This document shows, piece after piece, positions 51,301 to 64,000 of a stretch of DNA of 64,000 nucleotides. This stretch comes from Phoronis australis (taxonomy: Eukaryota > Animalia > Phoronida). Within the stretch, counting starts at the first letter, position 1; every line of letters starts with the position of its first letter. Below the pieces are notes generated by a model that had not been told where the DNA came from, made no database searches, and saw only the letters and a program-made list of their open reading frames with translations. Location: assembly GCA_002633005.1 (NCBI GenBank), contig NMRA01000010.1:361280-425279 (forward strand), written 5' to 3'. The translations under genes and the position numbers were made by a program.

Positions 51301-52935
51301 GGGACAATCAGTTTTGCGCACTTTTCAAATAAGCAGTAATGTGCCAAGATAGCATCAGTGGATTTTTTTGTCACATAGTAAAATATGTGTAAACTGCATA
51401 TCACCCCATTTTGCTGGGTAAAAACAAAACGGAATCGAGCCTTCAGTTCTAACAACATCGGTCTCATAATTTTCTTTACTGAAATGTCGTTGCCAATGTA
51501 GGTCAGGGGCAATGTCTAAGTAGTGGGGTTCTAATTAGCGAAGGTTGGCCAATATCAATGAACTCTGAAACGTTTTTAGAGTAGCTGATAGTTTCGATGT
51601 TCTTGATGGCAGCAGAAATAGAATTCTAGCAGTAGGAAATAATATGAGATGAGTTTTTTGAGAGTAAATGTCCTGCTTCACTGAGTTTCCATTTTTATAT
51701 CCAGCCAACCCAGGCCAGTCAAACGGGGTGAAATGCAACTATTAACGGTGGAACTACATAAACAGTCTCGCTCCCTACCCATGAGAGTGACTATGCAAGC
51801 AGGACAGACGTGTCATGGGAGAATTCGAGGGAGCATGGCCCCTTTCCCTCCCCTCCTAAATACACCAGTGCATTCATGCCCAGCTGTAACATGATATTCA
51901 ATGGCGCGGTCATGAAACCACCGAATGGCTATTTCACGAGTTAGAAGTCACATTATTATCATATATGCACCCACGGTGAGTACAATATTCTCACTGAATG
52001 TAATGTTTTGTGAAAGAAAATCCCAAACTAGACTACCTGGTATACTAATTTCATTCCAACAAAAAACATAGCACATCAAACAAATTGTCACAAACATGAG
52101 CATATCATGTCAGTATATTGTCACATTTCTCAATAAATAATGCATTATAAGAACATCAGAAAAATTCAGCAACCTGCACAAACAATCCCTCAGCTGTGCT
52201 CAATATTGTACAGTGAACAAACACCCTCCAGGCGCACCTGTACATATTAACAAGAGATGTCTCTATACTCCTACCCCTCCTGCCACCTAAAATCTTATAA
52301 TTTTCTGTGTCAAAGATTGGATATTATGGTCCTAGGTGGATGGTCATTGGCTTACGCTTGTCATTTGGCAGACTACTAAGGAGTTTTCAAAATTTGCTCC
52401 AAACTTTGAGGATTGTCAAGAGTTTTGAAGCATTATTTTGTTTCAGACAATAGAATGAGAAAATGGTTTTTAATATCTGTTAATAGGCCAAAACCTGGTA
52501 TGGTATCCCTTTAATGTAATAAAGTTACAGGTAGTCTGGCACTAGGGGGACCCTCTAGTACTGGGAGCTTGAAACATAAGCTTCAATGATAGCTCGACAG
52601 TAGATCTGCAACTACTGCGTATGGAGGTGCATTTTACTTGCAACAAATTGAACACACCACAATAAGCAAAAATAATAAGAAACATCTTTTTTAGCTTTGT
52701 GTCACACAGTCCACAATGAAGACCGCAGAGAGTCTTCTCCTGTACATGGCATATCATACTTATGCACTGATGAGAAACTGACCAAAAGAAATAAGTACAA
52801 TTGGATATGAATTAGAGATTTAGTGAAGTTGCGCAAATCCTTTTAGGCACACTCTCAGGTGCAACAACCACAGAGCAACGGCTCAGCTACGGTGCAGTCA
52901 AGTCAAGGCAAGCCACAGTGCCACCTTCTGGCAGA

Positions 52936-53028
52936 CTACTTGATAGTGGAGAACTCCTGCAGTACATACTGCTGCTCCAGATTCGCCACAGAAACAGTCT
53001 TCCTCACGTCTCCGATGATGGAGCGAAC
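52936..53028 (-). CDS. ARMH3: ARMH3 terminal coding exon
   Basis: gcgcag|VRSIIGDVRKTVSVANLEQQYVLQEFSTIK*; resembles the human C-terminus ...EFSTIS (recalled). Confidence 0.9.
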   Translation of the reverse strand, partial: VRSIIGDVRKTVSVANLEQQYVLQEFSTIK

Positions 53029-53033
53029 CTGCG

Positions 53034-53465
53034 CACAGAACACAAGTGTCAACTGCAGGGGGAGAGTATGCACTGAACACAATACAAAACAATCAACATG
53101 TTGTTCAAATATGTATTCACAGAACACAAGTGTTAACTGCAGGGGGAGAGTATGCACCGAACACAAAACAAAACAATCAACATGTTGTTCAAATATGTAT
53201 TCACAGAACACAAGTGTTAACTGCAGGGGGAGAGTATGCACCGAACACAATACAAAACAATCAACATGTTGTTCAAATATGTATTCACAGAACACAAGTG
53301 TTAACTGCAGGGGGAGAGTATGCACCGAACACAATACAAAACAATCAACATGTTGTTCAAATATGTATTCACAAAACACAAGTGTTAACTGCAGGGGGAG
53401 AGTATGCACCGAACACAATACAAAACAATCAACATGTTGTTCAAATATGTATTCACAAAACACAA
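53034..53465. repeat. 84-bp minisatellite (~5 copies) in the last ARMH3 intron
   Basis: Unit CACAGAACACAAGTGTTAACTGCAGGGGGAGAGTATGCACCGAACACAATACAAAACAATCAACATGTTGTTCAAATATGTATT. Confidence 0.95.
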
Positions 53466-54240
53466 TTTCTTCCAGCAATGGTGCTGGTGTTTTATTGTTT
53501 CAGTTCAGACATTTTGGTTTTCCGTGATAATGGAGAGATTTCCAATGGAAGTTAATTCAGCAGCAGATAGTATAATTCTAGTATTTTTGTTGTAAATCAT
53601 CAAACCATCAGAATATAATCCATCAGATTTGACAATTATGGCAACAAATCGATCTAAAATCGTTTTGCAGTTGTTCATTCTTTCTTGAGGTGGTGCTGTT
53701 CTTTTTCTGATTATGAGAAGACTGCAACAAGTGGAACTCGCCAGAGCAGTGAGAATGACCTGTCATGACAGATCGTTACCCATGACGATGGGAAAGCGAT
53801 ATTCTGTGTGGCTACTTTTGTCAAGTACTGTGTCAAGTACGTCAACAGCATGTGTTTTAACAACTGAAATTCTACCTTTTACATAACGTAAGGAAATCAC
53901 TGTAGATATAAAGTAGTATTCAAAAACAAACATTTCAACCATAAGATTGCTCATTCTCAAAGGTATGACAGATCTTTGAAAAAAGGCAGTGCTCGAAGCG
54001 TTGGGTATTTAATACAATTTTATATCAACATTTGTAGCCTTAAATTTTAAAAGTTTTACTCCAGTCACTTTTATTGTAAAACCCCAGCTTTTCACAAGTT
54101 TTCAATTTTAATTATTTACAAAGCCACATACCGGCTAAACTTATAAGTGAAGATCAAAACTGCCCATAATTTTCTGTTTAACACTTAACCTTAAGACAGT
54201 GCCATCTGCTGGTCTAATATAAATCATTATCTCAACTTAC

Positions 54241-54357
54241 CAACTGTGTGAAATACGAAGTCTCTTTTGGTTTTTCTGAGTACCGCTCATACTGATCAAG
54301 GCTGTCTTGTAGTTTCAAGGTCAGCGAGTCATAATTAGTTCTCACCACTTCCAAAAC
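54241..54357 (-). CDS. ARMH3: ARMH3 exon
   Basis: [39 protein letters not shown]. Confidence 0.95.
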
Positions 54358-55391
54358 CTAAGAAGCAAAAATGAATGTTGTGAATATGGCCTGCTGCTGG
54401 TGCTTTTCTCATGTCACCCAGGGGTCTCCTTCACCTAAGGATAAAGGAACATGTGCCTTCTGAGAGGGGATTTTTTCAGGTGAGAGGAACCCCCCACAGT
54501 TACATACCACCCCACATCAGCAAGACCTCATGTAGCCCAAATTGATGTTATATACCTGTTTCAAAGTGCTTGGAGCAGACCACTCCTTAGAGCTCCTGGA
54601 TTTTTATGGAAATGGACTAGTCTAATTAGTAGGGATATCAGGTAGTAAACTCAGTGCCCAGTTGCATTAAATAGTCCCAAATAGGGCCTCAACTAAGTTC
54701 CCTAAATCTACTGTGTATTTGTGGACTTGTTGAAACAGCAACTGTCCCTGAAGAATCCATTCAGTTTTAGTTAGGGGAGTACCCAACAGCCATGTAACTC
54801 CAGTGGAAATAACACAAAAAATGTACACAGACTCTGGTAAGCCATGAATCATCAATGCTTAAAAATACCACCTACCCGCAATTTTTGGTACACGCCTGCA
54901 GGCACCTTGTCAATATGAGTGATGCCCCCCGTTAATATATGAGTGAGAAAATTGACAAAATAAAATTTCACGCATACCATATTGTGTGGTAAATATGTGA
55001 AGATATCAACATACATATCATGCAGTTAGGCAAGACAACTACTTGACCACAACATAAATGGCAAACCCCAGTGGGTTTAACTTAAGTATCGTAATACCAT
55101 TTGTCTATGGTAAAATATTACCAAATCAGGACACAGTATAGTGGACAAGTGGAATTTTAAAGTTGTACTAACTTCCAGCAGATTGTGTTTTGAGAAACAG
55201 AGAGCATTCATAGAAAATATCAAATGACAAGTTTTGGCATTTTTTGTCCAAACTTGATATGATTCTGTCATACTGTCCCACAAATACAGTGAGATGACTG
55301 GTTTGGGATAGGGTGCGCAAGATGAAAATAAGAAGCAACGAGTATGATTATTCGTTTTAAAGAACGCAATGCATTTCGTCCTGCAACTAAC

Positions 55392-55546
55392 CTGTTCCTC
55401 AGTGAGCGAAGATAAGTGATTGGCCACTGCCCATGAATCGACCTTGGGTGTAAAGTGGTTGATGATGGCGCGAACGTTCACAAGGTGATTGGTCAGGCGA
55501 ACCGCAGACTCTCGGTACTCCTGATTGGTGGCACTGTAGCGGATCC
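55392..55546 (-). CDS. ARMH3: ARMH3 exon
   Basis: (G)IRYSATNQEYRESAVRLTNHLVNVRAIINHFTPKVDSWAVANHLSSLTEEQ. Confidence 0.95.
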
Positions 55547-56434
55547 CTGTTGGACGAATTTGGAGGATTTCAATTGCAACGCTGCCGTCATTTTTCAAAT
55601 GTATTGAAGGCCGGCTGTCAGCTCATAAAAATCCGCTAACATCAAAGATAATTTGCATTTTCAATCTATTGTAAAAATTTTAGCATGTCAAATGGCACAT
55701 ACCTCAAGATTATTTGGCGCAAACCATTTGCAAAATCCATGTATTTATTTGATGGATTTTGAACCATTTTGAGGCTTTTTGAAGCTAATTTTCAATCTGT
55801 TTTTAAGATGGTTGTTTTGTGGCACTTGCACCAAAAAGCATGTTACAATAGATCCATGCCCGTATTTTCAATTCTGGTGCACACAAGTGACAAGTGTTGT
55901 TTCCATCATATTGTTTTCACAAATGGATGTTTATGAGCCAACAACCGTACCTGAAAAATATCAGCAGCATCATAGACAAAATTTCCGAATTGCATTAATG
56001 AGTATACAATATAAATCATAGCCAGGCATTGAAGTTTGTGTTGAATTAAAGATAACATAATTATAAAAAATTTGAAGAGTATATGACAAAAAAGTCAATT
56101 TCTTGGCTTCTCTTTAATACTTCCAGTTTTGAAAACATGTATGACAACTGTGGACTCATAAGTTACACAGTATGATGAAGAAAAACCAATCCCTAATGAT
56201 TTTAGATTACAATTAAAACTGTGACAACAGTGAACACATTACACAAAAGCTTTCAAGAAAAATTCTAACTGTGAGGTTATACATAATACATGACGTGAAA
56301 TGATGCCGAACATCGTGCACGGCAAACCCGTGTTGCAAACAAAAAACAGTAATGATTTGAAGTTTCACTTCTGTTACAATGTTGAAAAGCAGTTGGCTTT
56401 CAAGCTTATTGCAGGTTTAAATGTAAAGACTAAC

Positions 56435-56561
56435 CCATGGAGTAGAGGTTGTCGAACACTTGGTGCATGCGGATGATCTCATAGTAGAGTTCATCATAGC
56501 TTGATGGACTCGGCAGGAATGTGTCGCCAAAGGTGATGAACAGGTTGAAGATGTTGGCTAC
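56435..56561 (-). CDS. ARMH3: ARMH3 exon
   Basis: [42 protein letters not shown]; hallmark GDTFLP...YDELYYE motif. Confidence 0.95.
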
Positions 56562-57393
56562 CTAGACAAGCAAGATTGGTTGAGTTAGGTCCTTGTCACC
56601 AATGTGGTTTTTGGAATGTCCGTCAGATCCACTTTTAACATCTTGATAAGCTGGCTGGTTACAGGTGCTAACGGACATTTTAGCTCCAACCAAAACATGT
56701 CTCCAATGCATCACTATCCATGTAATTCTTAATCAGTTTGTACAATACTGAACGATCATTTCCCTTAGGTTTTTGTCCCATTTTTGGGATCATGCTAGGA
56801 ACTCTCATGGTGTAACAGGCCTCTTAAAGGGGCATTATTGGTAAGAAAAGTCACTGATATTTTGAGTCCTAGTGCGGACTCAAACCCAGAAAATTCAGGG
56901 TCACAGCCAGATGCTCCACTGGTGTAGCTGAATTGCACTTGATAACTGGCAGAGTATTCAAGTGTATTTAATTACTGGCAAAAGTCACTGGCCTTGATTT
57001 CTGCGAATGTCTAAGATGAGAATTGGCAAGTGTAATAAAAACACAAGGGACTTTGTGTTGTTTTATACCTATGATCAAAGCCTGTACCTTCAAGTCTACC
57101 CCATTCCACAAAAATCTTAGAAATGCTTTTTTAATCCGTAAATTAACGATCATTCCCTTGAACAATAACATTCAAATAAAACTGGACACGCTCTGTTGGA
57201 ACAGCACACATTTTTGAAGCAGTTAATGCCAAATTATTTACCCATGAGATGCAGCACATTCTTGAATAGTGTTAAAATTTACTCAAGTACTTTTAAAATT
57301 CAACACAAATTAAGCCAAATTTTCTATTGCACTGTCATTGAAGCATGTGCAACAGTTGTGCATCGCCCTTAAGTGCCACCAAGAAGTTCTCAC

Positions 57394-57565
57394 CTTTGAC
57401 GCGACAGGGAAGACATTCTGTTTCTTCATCAACGTACTCTCACTGGCCATAACAAACTTGAGCAGGTTGATTAGGGCTGTCCACATCTCCTTCCAATTGT
57501 ACTGCAGTCTCACGCGACACTTCTTTTGGTAGCACAGCACGCGGTGAATTATACCCAGACAGTTC
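57394..57565 (-). CDS. ARMH3: ARMH3 exon
   Basis: NCLGIIHRVLCYQKKCRVRLQYNWKEMWTALINLLKFVMASESTLMKKQNVFPVASK. Confidence 0.95.
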
Positions 57566-58485
57566 CTAAAAACCGACAGAGACATAACAGAACGAGCATT
57601 ACCAACATGTTACCAACCAGGTCGGTTTACGTAATCAATATTTAGCCAGCTCAGGTCAGGCCTGATAAAATCAATGACAGTAAAAATTAATCAATCTGGG
57701 ACAAACATATTTATTAAAATTACCACTTTCCTATTTTTCAAGGTTAAACTATATTGCTGTGAATGTTCAAACTTTTACTGAATGAAATTGAAAGAAATTT
57801 TGTGCAGGAGTACTTGTCACTTCAAGGCCCAAATGAACTTAACTTCCGTGAATACAATAAAATTTGATTTAGACCACTTAAAATTAACACAATGAGTTTC
57901 AACTTGTCCCTTACTCTAATCAGCGTTGACTCCGGGCTTAAAAAACTGACTAGTTTGAGAAATTCAACGAGTTGGACTATCACAGCAGGTCGCTTCATAT
58001 CCCAACCACGGTTTCCAGCAGCAACCGGCTTTTATTTCTTTACAAACCCACAAAACAATTGTCGTCTGAGTAAGAAAAACTATGACAAAGTTCTGAGTGA
58101 AGTGTTTAACTTGATATTTTGTTTTTGAAGGAATGCAGGTTTAAAGCAGTTTTAACTTAGTTACACACAGACAGTCCATTAGCGTATTAAGTTGAAGAAG
58201 TGTTTTTTAATCTATGCCATCACTAAATTCACATGTCTAGAAATATGATCTTCACTTAACTTTATCATTCAAGGATTGAAAAGACAAATTACAAAAAATA
58301 ATTTCATAACAATGGTACAGAAAAAATAAGAGACCTTGAAAGTTCTCTGAATGACTCTGTGCAATATCCTTTTAAGTTACAATTTCCCTTTCCGAACACA
58401 AACATGCAGTCTCGATATAATGTCGAAAACTCCCTAATGATCAACACAGTCCTCAAAACATGCTGAGATTGACCCTGAAACTCAC

Positions 58486-58616
58486 GTGTATAACTCCACA
58501 GGCATATTCTTCATTAAGTGACTGATGATGAACTCAACCATGAGGTCAAGTAGAGCACACGCCAGGGGGCGTGAAGGGGGCGTGGTGTCCACTGAAGCTT
58601 TTCGATGTCTCATTGG
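58486..58616 (-). CDS. ARMH3: ARMH3 exon
   Basis: [43 protein letters not shown](T). Confidence 0.93.
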
Positions 58617-58907
58617 CTAGAAAATATGATTGACGTTTCTTAGATTTGGAGACCAGACAAGTAGGATAAAAATCCATTATTATCCTCTACACAATGTCAT
58701 GCACCTCACTGATTGAAAATTATCCTCAAAGGATTTATATCAATGCAGGTTATGAATTTCATGACAACAGAATAGTTAGTTGAATTAATGTTATTCAAAA
58801 TAATCTTGCTGTTTCTCCCAAAACTTTAGAACTACCCTATAGGGGTATTTTCATGAAATTTAGAATCATTAGAGAAGACACTCTTGGGTAGATTCCCAAA
58901 AACATAC

Positions 58908-58973
58908 CATCTTGTGAAGTGGCACTCTGAAGTTCATATTTACATCATGCATCAGTGAGTTGGCATACTGGTC
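58908..58973 (-). CDS. ARMH3: ARMH3 exon
   Basis: DQYANSLMHDVNMNFRVPLHKM. Confidence 0.92.
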
Positions 58974-60089
58974 CTGCAATAAAACATGACAGAAAATGAA
59001 ACAGGAACAAAAAATTCAAAATAAAGCAAAATGCAGTAATTTGACGACACGTGACTATAAACGAAATGCATGCATTTTTAAAGGATGAATTAAGACTTTT
59101 TGATTGTTTGATTAAATGTGAAAGGACGTCATGAAGGTCAACAATGACCTTAACGAAATTAATATTATTTGACATGAAACACTCCCTCCATTAAGTTTAA
59201 ATAATGCCTTTATGCAAAGTGTAAGTGTTTCTAATTTTTACCCGCTGATAACACTATGAAACAAGCAGACTGCTGACTGCAGCTATGGGAAGATTACCTG
59301 CTGCAAACAGGGATTTTCATAAGCAAAGGTCGGCAATGTTGACAGGTATGATGTCAAATTAACAAGTACAGGCTTGGTGTAACTAAATGATATTCTATTT
59401 TTTTCATTAAAACAGTTTTTAAAACCAAAGTTAACATATAGAATGTTCTGAATAATGTAAGAATCTTGTAAAATGTTGGAAATATTCTAATTTGTGCAGG
59501 ACAAATTGTAGGAACTCCTCCTTCAGTTGCCGTCTCAGGACTTCGGTAGATTTTCAATATTGTGAAACCTGGTATATAGGACCAAAACCTTAAAGGTGGA
59601 ATTATGCATTTTTGGCAATATTTAAAAATGCCATTATACCTTACCTTTGGATATGTTAACGCAGATATAAATCCACTTACCATCAAACGCTAAATTTTGA
59701 TTCAGACCATTGACTTTTATGAAATTAGCCCCTGTCAGATTTTTCCGTGGAGATGATTTAAGGGCTTTGAAAGACCTGACAAGCAGTTATTGCTTGAGAC
59801 CAAGCTTTTCAACAGAACTTGACATAGCGTGTCATGCCTTCAATAAATAATGAACTGTCAGTTCTTTGCAAGCTTGGAAATCACTGAGTAAGGAACAAGT
59901 TGAGATCAATTTCAAAGCTGCAGTAAGTGGTCTAAATCAAAAGTTTGCTTCTTGGACGAAACATGAGTTTATTTCAAGTACAGTGATCATAACCAATTCA
60001 TAGCCCATCAGTGAAAGTAATGAAATACCATGATTGTAAAAACATCACCGTGGAAACTGTAGCTATAACAACAAGGTGGCTGGTCTCAC

Positions 60090-60247
60090 CTCAGCAATGA
60101 TGGTGAGAATAATGAAGCAGAGCTTGGCGTTGTGAAACTTGGCTGCCTCCTTGATGTCCTGCGTCACAATGGAGCAGTACTCTAAAAAGGTGACCAGCAA
60201 GTTGGTTGGCTGACTAGCTGGTTCAGATACATCCACCGACTGACCAC
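60090..60247 (-). CDS. ARMH3: ARMH3 exon
   Basis: GGQSVDVSEPASQPTNLLVTFLEYCSIVTQDIKEAAKFHNAKLCFIILTIIAE. Confidence 0.92.
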
Positions 60248-60834
60248 CTGTGAAAAGAGAACAAGGAGGTCAGAGGTCAGCTCAGCTTGGATGAGGTCAG
60301 AGGTCGGTAACATAATTTAAGTAAATCTATTAAGAACCACCTGGCTTAGTGTGAGTGGAAGTACCTGTACAGTCTCTTCTCTACCTGTGTCACTTGTTTT
60401 GTGTTTGTAACTGTTTCCTTGAGAATGGTTTAATGAAATAAACTGAAACGTTGGATTGGATAGATATGTCTTTATTTACTTACGGGCTAATTTTAAAGTT
60501 CGTGCTTCTGGGTAGATGATATATGATGCGCTTCACTGAGAAGCTGAATGCTCCTTCCTGATCTCTAGACACTGCTTTGTTGATGTCCATATAATGAAAT
60601 ATACTGTTATACAGTACTTAAATAAAGGTCGTAAGAGTATCCTGTTTTACTCAAAATTCTGCGGCAGTACTCAAGAAAACATATTAAGCAGTCAGACACA
60701 ACACACAAATGTAAAAAACGTTTTCCAACTTGTTCCCAAGGTGGACAGCAAAAACTACATTTTTTCCTATATTATGTCTTCAAATCAAGGCCCAGAACAT
60801 CTAGTCAAGTAGTAAAGTGAACCATTACAGATAC

Positions 60835-60916
60835 CTTGAAGAGCGCTGTCAATAGCAGGTGGTTTGGTCATACTGGGCGAGGCTGGGGGAGTGGTGGGTG
60901 TTGATGGAGTGTGAGA
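60835..60916 (-). CDS. ARMH3: ARMH3 exon (Pro/Thr-rich linker)
   Basis: ttcag|SHTPSTPTTPPASPSMTKPPAIDSALQ|gtatc; phase 0-1. Confidence 0.8.
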
Positions 60917-61794
60917 CTGAAAGCACAAATTGAGGAACGTGAAAAACTAGGAGTTTATAATAGTACAAGAGCAACACAGCATGTTGAAATGTGCCTACAG
61001 CTACACCTCAAACAGTATGTTTCTGGGGGTGTTTATTACGTACTAACGAAAAATATCGCTAAATGCTGCCAAATAGGTGAAACCCATCCGAAAATAAGAA
61101 GGCCTCATCGTCTCCCTAATTAATAGTTACTTTCCACATTTCATGAAAATCTATGCAGGAACTCTAATGAAACAAAGGCAAACGTAAAAAATAGGATTGC
61201 CACTATGAGTCGCAATTGTAGTCCAATTAATCAGAAAAAAATGCCATCTGTTGCCATGTTCACAGGAATACAGTCACTTACATTTCGCAAGATCCTACAA
61301 GATATTTAAGATATAAAGATGCCAAAAAATTGTCACCATGTGATACCACACTAATAGAGATACAGTGATGGATGCATGATGCCAAGACATAAAGACACAA
61401 ATGATGCCATATGCATATTATGTGACCGCTACATAAAAATAGGACGTACATTGGTATCTGCCACAACACCATAAGTGTCAAAGAGAATTGATCACAGATT
61501 GTACACATGCAATATATTAGTTATCATTAAACAAATGTGTTTCTTGAACAAGAAATAAATTGAAATGAAATAAGAAGAAATGTTTGGGATCGTTCCCAAA
61601 AATCTAAGAAAACTGCTGTTTTCCGAACTCCAAAGAAAAATTGAAATCTGTCCAACATTTTGACACTGATCGGCTCGCACACAACAAAAATCAACAACTT
61701 CAATTCTCCTAATTGTCCAAGGGGAGATAATTACACAGATATATTTAAAGTCCAAGTGGAGATAACTACACAGATATATTTAAAGTTCACTTAC

Positions 61795-61870
61795 ATGAGT
61801 CAGAGTTGTGATAAAGTTTCTGTTGAGGTGAATGGCTTCATACAAAGCGAGCAGAATGGAATCATTCGCC
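61795..61870 (-). CDS. ARMH3: ARMH3 exon
   Basis: ANDSILLALYEAIHLNRNFITTLTH; conserved LLALYEA.HLNRNFIT motif. Confidence 0.92.
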
Positions 61871-62151
61871 CTGAAAAAAATGTGACAAACATCAGACATT
61901 GATGATATGTATGAATAACCAATCACTAATGAAAAACTGGTTCATCGCCCTATTCAATGAAAATTTCAAAGAATGAGTCAGTGGAAACAAGAAAAACGCA
62001 ACAATATTCAAAAGCACGTTCTAAGTTTCATACCTTAATGTAAATTAATACAATCTGGTGAAATGTGCAAATAAACAAACACTATTAAAAATACTTTCAC
62101 CACTCAATTCAGTGCAAAAAACAAAGAATGGGTACTAAGTGCAAAACAGAG

Positions 62152-62335
62152 TTGCATTGTGGGATAAGTGTCCGTTTCCTTTACTCAAGGTCGTGGGTTC
62201 AAATCCAGCTGGGCGACACTGTTATGCCCTTGAGTCAGGTCTAAAGCTCCTCAGCTCATAAAACGGCTCTTAGAGATCAGTGCAATGGGCCCGGCTAAGT
62301 CCCAGTGCACATCTGGTACAATGTGTACTGCAATA
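62152..62335 (+). mobile_element. tRNA-derived SINE-like repeat
   Basis: GGGATAAGTG...TACTCAAGGTCGTGGGTTCAAATCC...CAGTGCAATGGGCCC; same family as 33778. Confidence 0.65.
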
Positions 62336-62790
62336 ATTTTTTCAAGCAAAATAATATTAAGTTGGTAAGATTTGTTTAAGTACCAGTCTTTATTCCGATA
62401 TAACACAAAAAATAAAAACAAAATACTCACTGAAAACAACCAAAATTGTTTGGTGAATTAAAATCTGAGCGTAAGTTTGAATTAAAATTTTTGTTCCTGT
62501 GAAACATGGTGTGAGTTTTTAGTTTCTTCTGTTACTATAACTTTGATAAATTTCAACTTCACCTGTGAGGATTTATATAAATTAGTCTGAGAAATGAGAG
62601 ATAGCACTGTAAATGCAAGAGGCCGCTGGCCTGCAAACTACAAGCATCTAATACACAGAGAGCACTTATAGAGAAGCTAAGTCAGAATTAATCTTTCTCA
62701 AGGTGTTCATTTTCAAGTTGCCCAGCATAAGCAGTAACCATGTTAAACATCATTTGAAATAACAACACAAGAGAAAATGCAGACACTAAC

Positions 62791-62837
62791 TTGATTGCTT
62801 GTACTGTGGTCTCTTCAGGGACAAACATATTACCAAC
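62791..62837 (-). CDS. ARMH3: ARMH3 (C10orf76) exon; gene continues beyond the window end
   Basis: ttgcag|VGNMFVPEETTVQAI(K)|gttagt; phase 0-2 fits the next exon. Confidence 0.8.
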
Positions 62838-64000
62838 CTGCAACAACATAACTCATTCATGACCCATTGTGAAAACTGGCCCCTTGTTGACTAGAGATAG
62901 TCGTGACATAAAACTTGGAACAATTGATAATATAAAATATAAATTACAGATTAATTTTCATGCCCACAAAAATATACATGTTAATTATAGATCAATAGCA
63001 ATCATTTACTACTGAAAACTACAAATAAATTATTTTAGAAATTTTATATGTAGATCCAACAAATTTTATGAGAAATTAAGCTTTAATTCACATCAAGGTG
63101 ATTCATCAAATAAACTTATCAACTTATTGCTTGATTAATAATAATCAATAACAGTTTGAAACCTTTGAGAAATGATGAATGTTTGAAGTAAGCATAAGCC
63201 ACACACTTGGGTACAATACAATAAGATAAGGGTATCCAGCCCGATTCTGTTTCACCTATAGTGCACAAACGCCACCTGGTGGTGAGTTTGTGAACTATTC
63301 AAATAATTAACAAATGTTTGCTTTGTTAAGGGCAAAGGTGAACTAATATCTCTTTAATAAATAAATTACACAGTTATACATACAAAGCAAGTAAACTGAA
63401 ACAAATGTTATAAACATGCATAATAAAAAGTTATTTAGGATAAAAACATTGTTATGAACACCAGTGTGCAGTACACATGACAAGTCCATTTATTACAGTG
63501 GGTCAGCAAGAAGAGTTTGATCCTTCCAGGTCATATGAAATGATGAATGGGGTACTCTTGCGTCTGCTTGAGAGGTGTCGCCTCACAACTTGTTACGCAC
63601 TGGCACCTTACCCATCTGATCCAAGCATTTGGGAGGTGATTAACCCACCTAGTTACAGAACGACTGCACTCTGATTAAGATTTTGAGTTTGTTGTCAGAT
63701 TCTTTACTACAATATAGAGGAGTCTCCAAATGACACAGTTCAAAAAATGTCTTGCTTTATGTGAAAGTTACATTGTGAAGCCTCCTCATTCTAATAGGTC
63801 ACTCCTTTCTGTAGTAGTTCTGTCAGCAACAGATAAAATGGCTAGCCTTGAGAATTGTTGTCCGGAGTGTATTACAGTATGGTAATAACTCAAAGAAAAG
63901 GTCAACCTCACTTTCATGATTTTGGGCATGTCATATACGGAATGAAGCATGCATGCACACAGCAGCATCACTGGCAAGGTCACCAAGCAGGTGGAATTCC

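Noticed and set aside
52859-53595. Long repetitive ORFs (222, 180 and 169 aa)
   Set aside because: By-products of an 84-bp (multiple of 3) minisatellite; only 52936-53028 is a real ARMH3 exon

Overview
This is eukaryotic genomic DNA, AT-rich and intron-rich, most consistent with an invertebrate metazoan draft assembly (four single-N joins and one 44-N gap). Three spliced genes can be reconstructed exon by exon with GT-AG sites and matching phases. (1) The 3' part of a RIG-I-like receptor (RLR) helicase, + strand, 7 exons, 4615-36172; its 5' exons lie outside the window. (2) A complete LYAR CDS, - strand, 47451-38767. (3) The 3' part of ARMH3/C10orf76, - strand, 62837-52936. One RLR intron (6683-29910, about 23 kb) is unusually crowded. 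It holds two intact antisense argininosuccinate synthase (ASS1) exons and a dead THAP domain. It also holds a ~17.1-kb foldback-like element (9156-26275) with ~400-bp terminal inverted repeats, GTAATATTAC-type motif arrays, a ~800-bp subterminal satellite and decayed cargo ORFs, but no recognisable transposase. Elsewhere are a 526-bp miniature LTR element whose LTRs contain a tRNA-like Pol III cassette, several MITEs, tRNA-derived SINEs and minisatellites. The near-identical tandem duplications abutting single Ns are probably haplotype-overlap assembly artefacts. All protein assignments come from manual translation and recalled family motifs; no searches were run.
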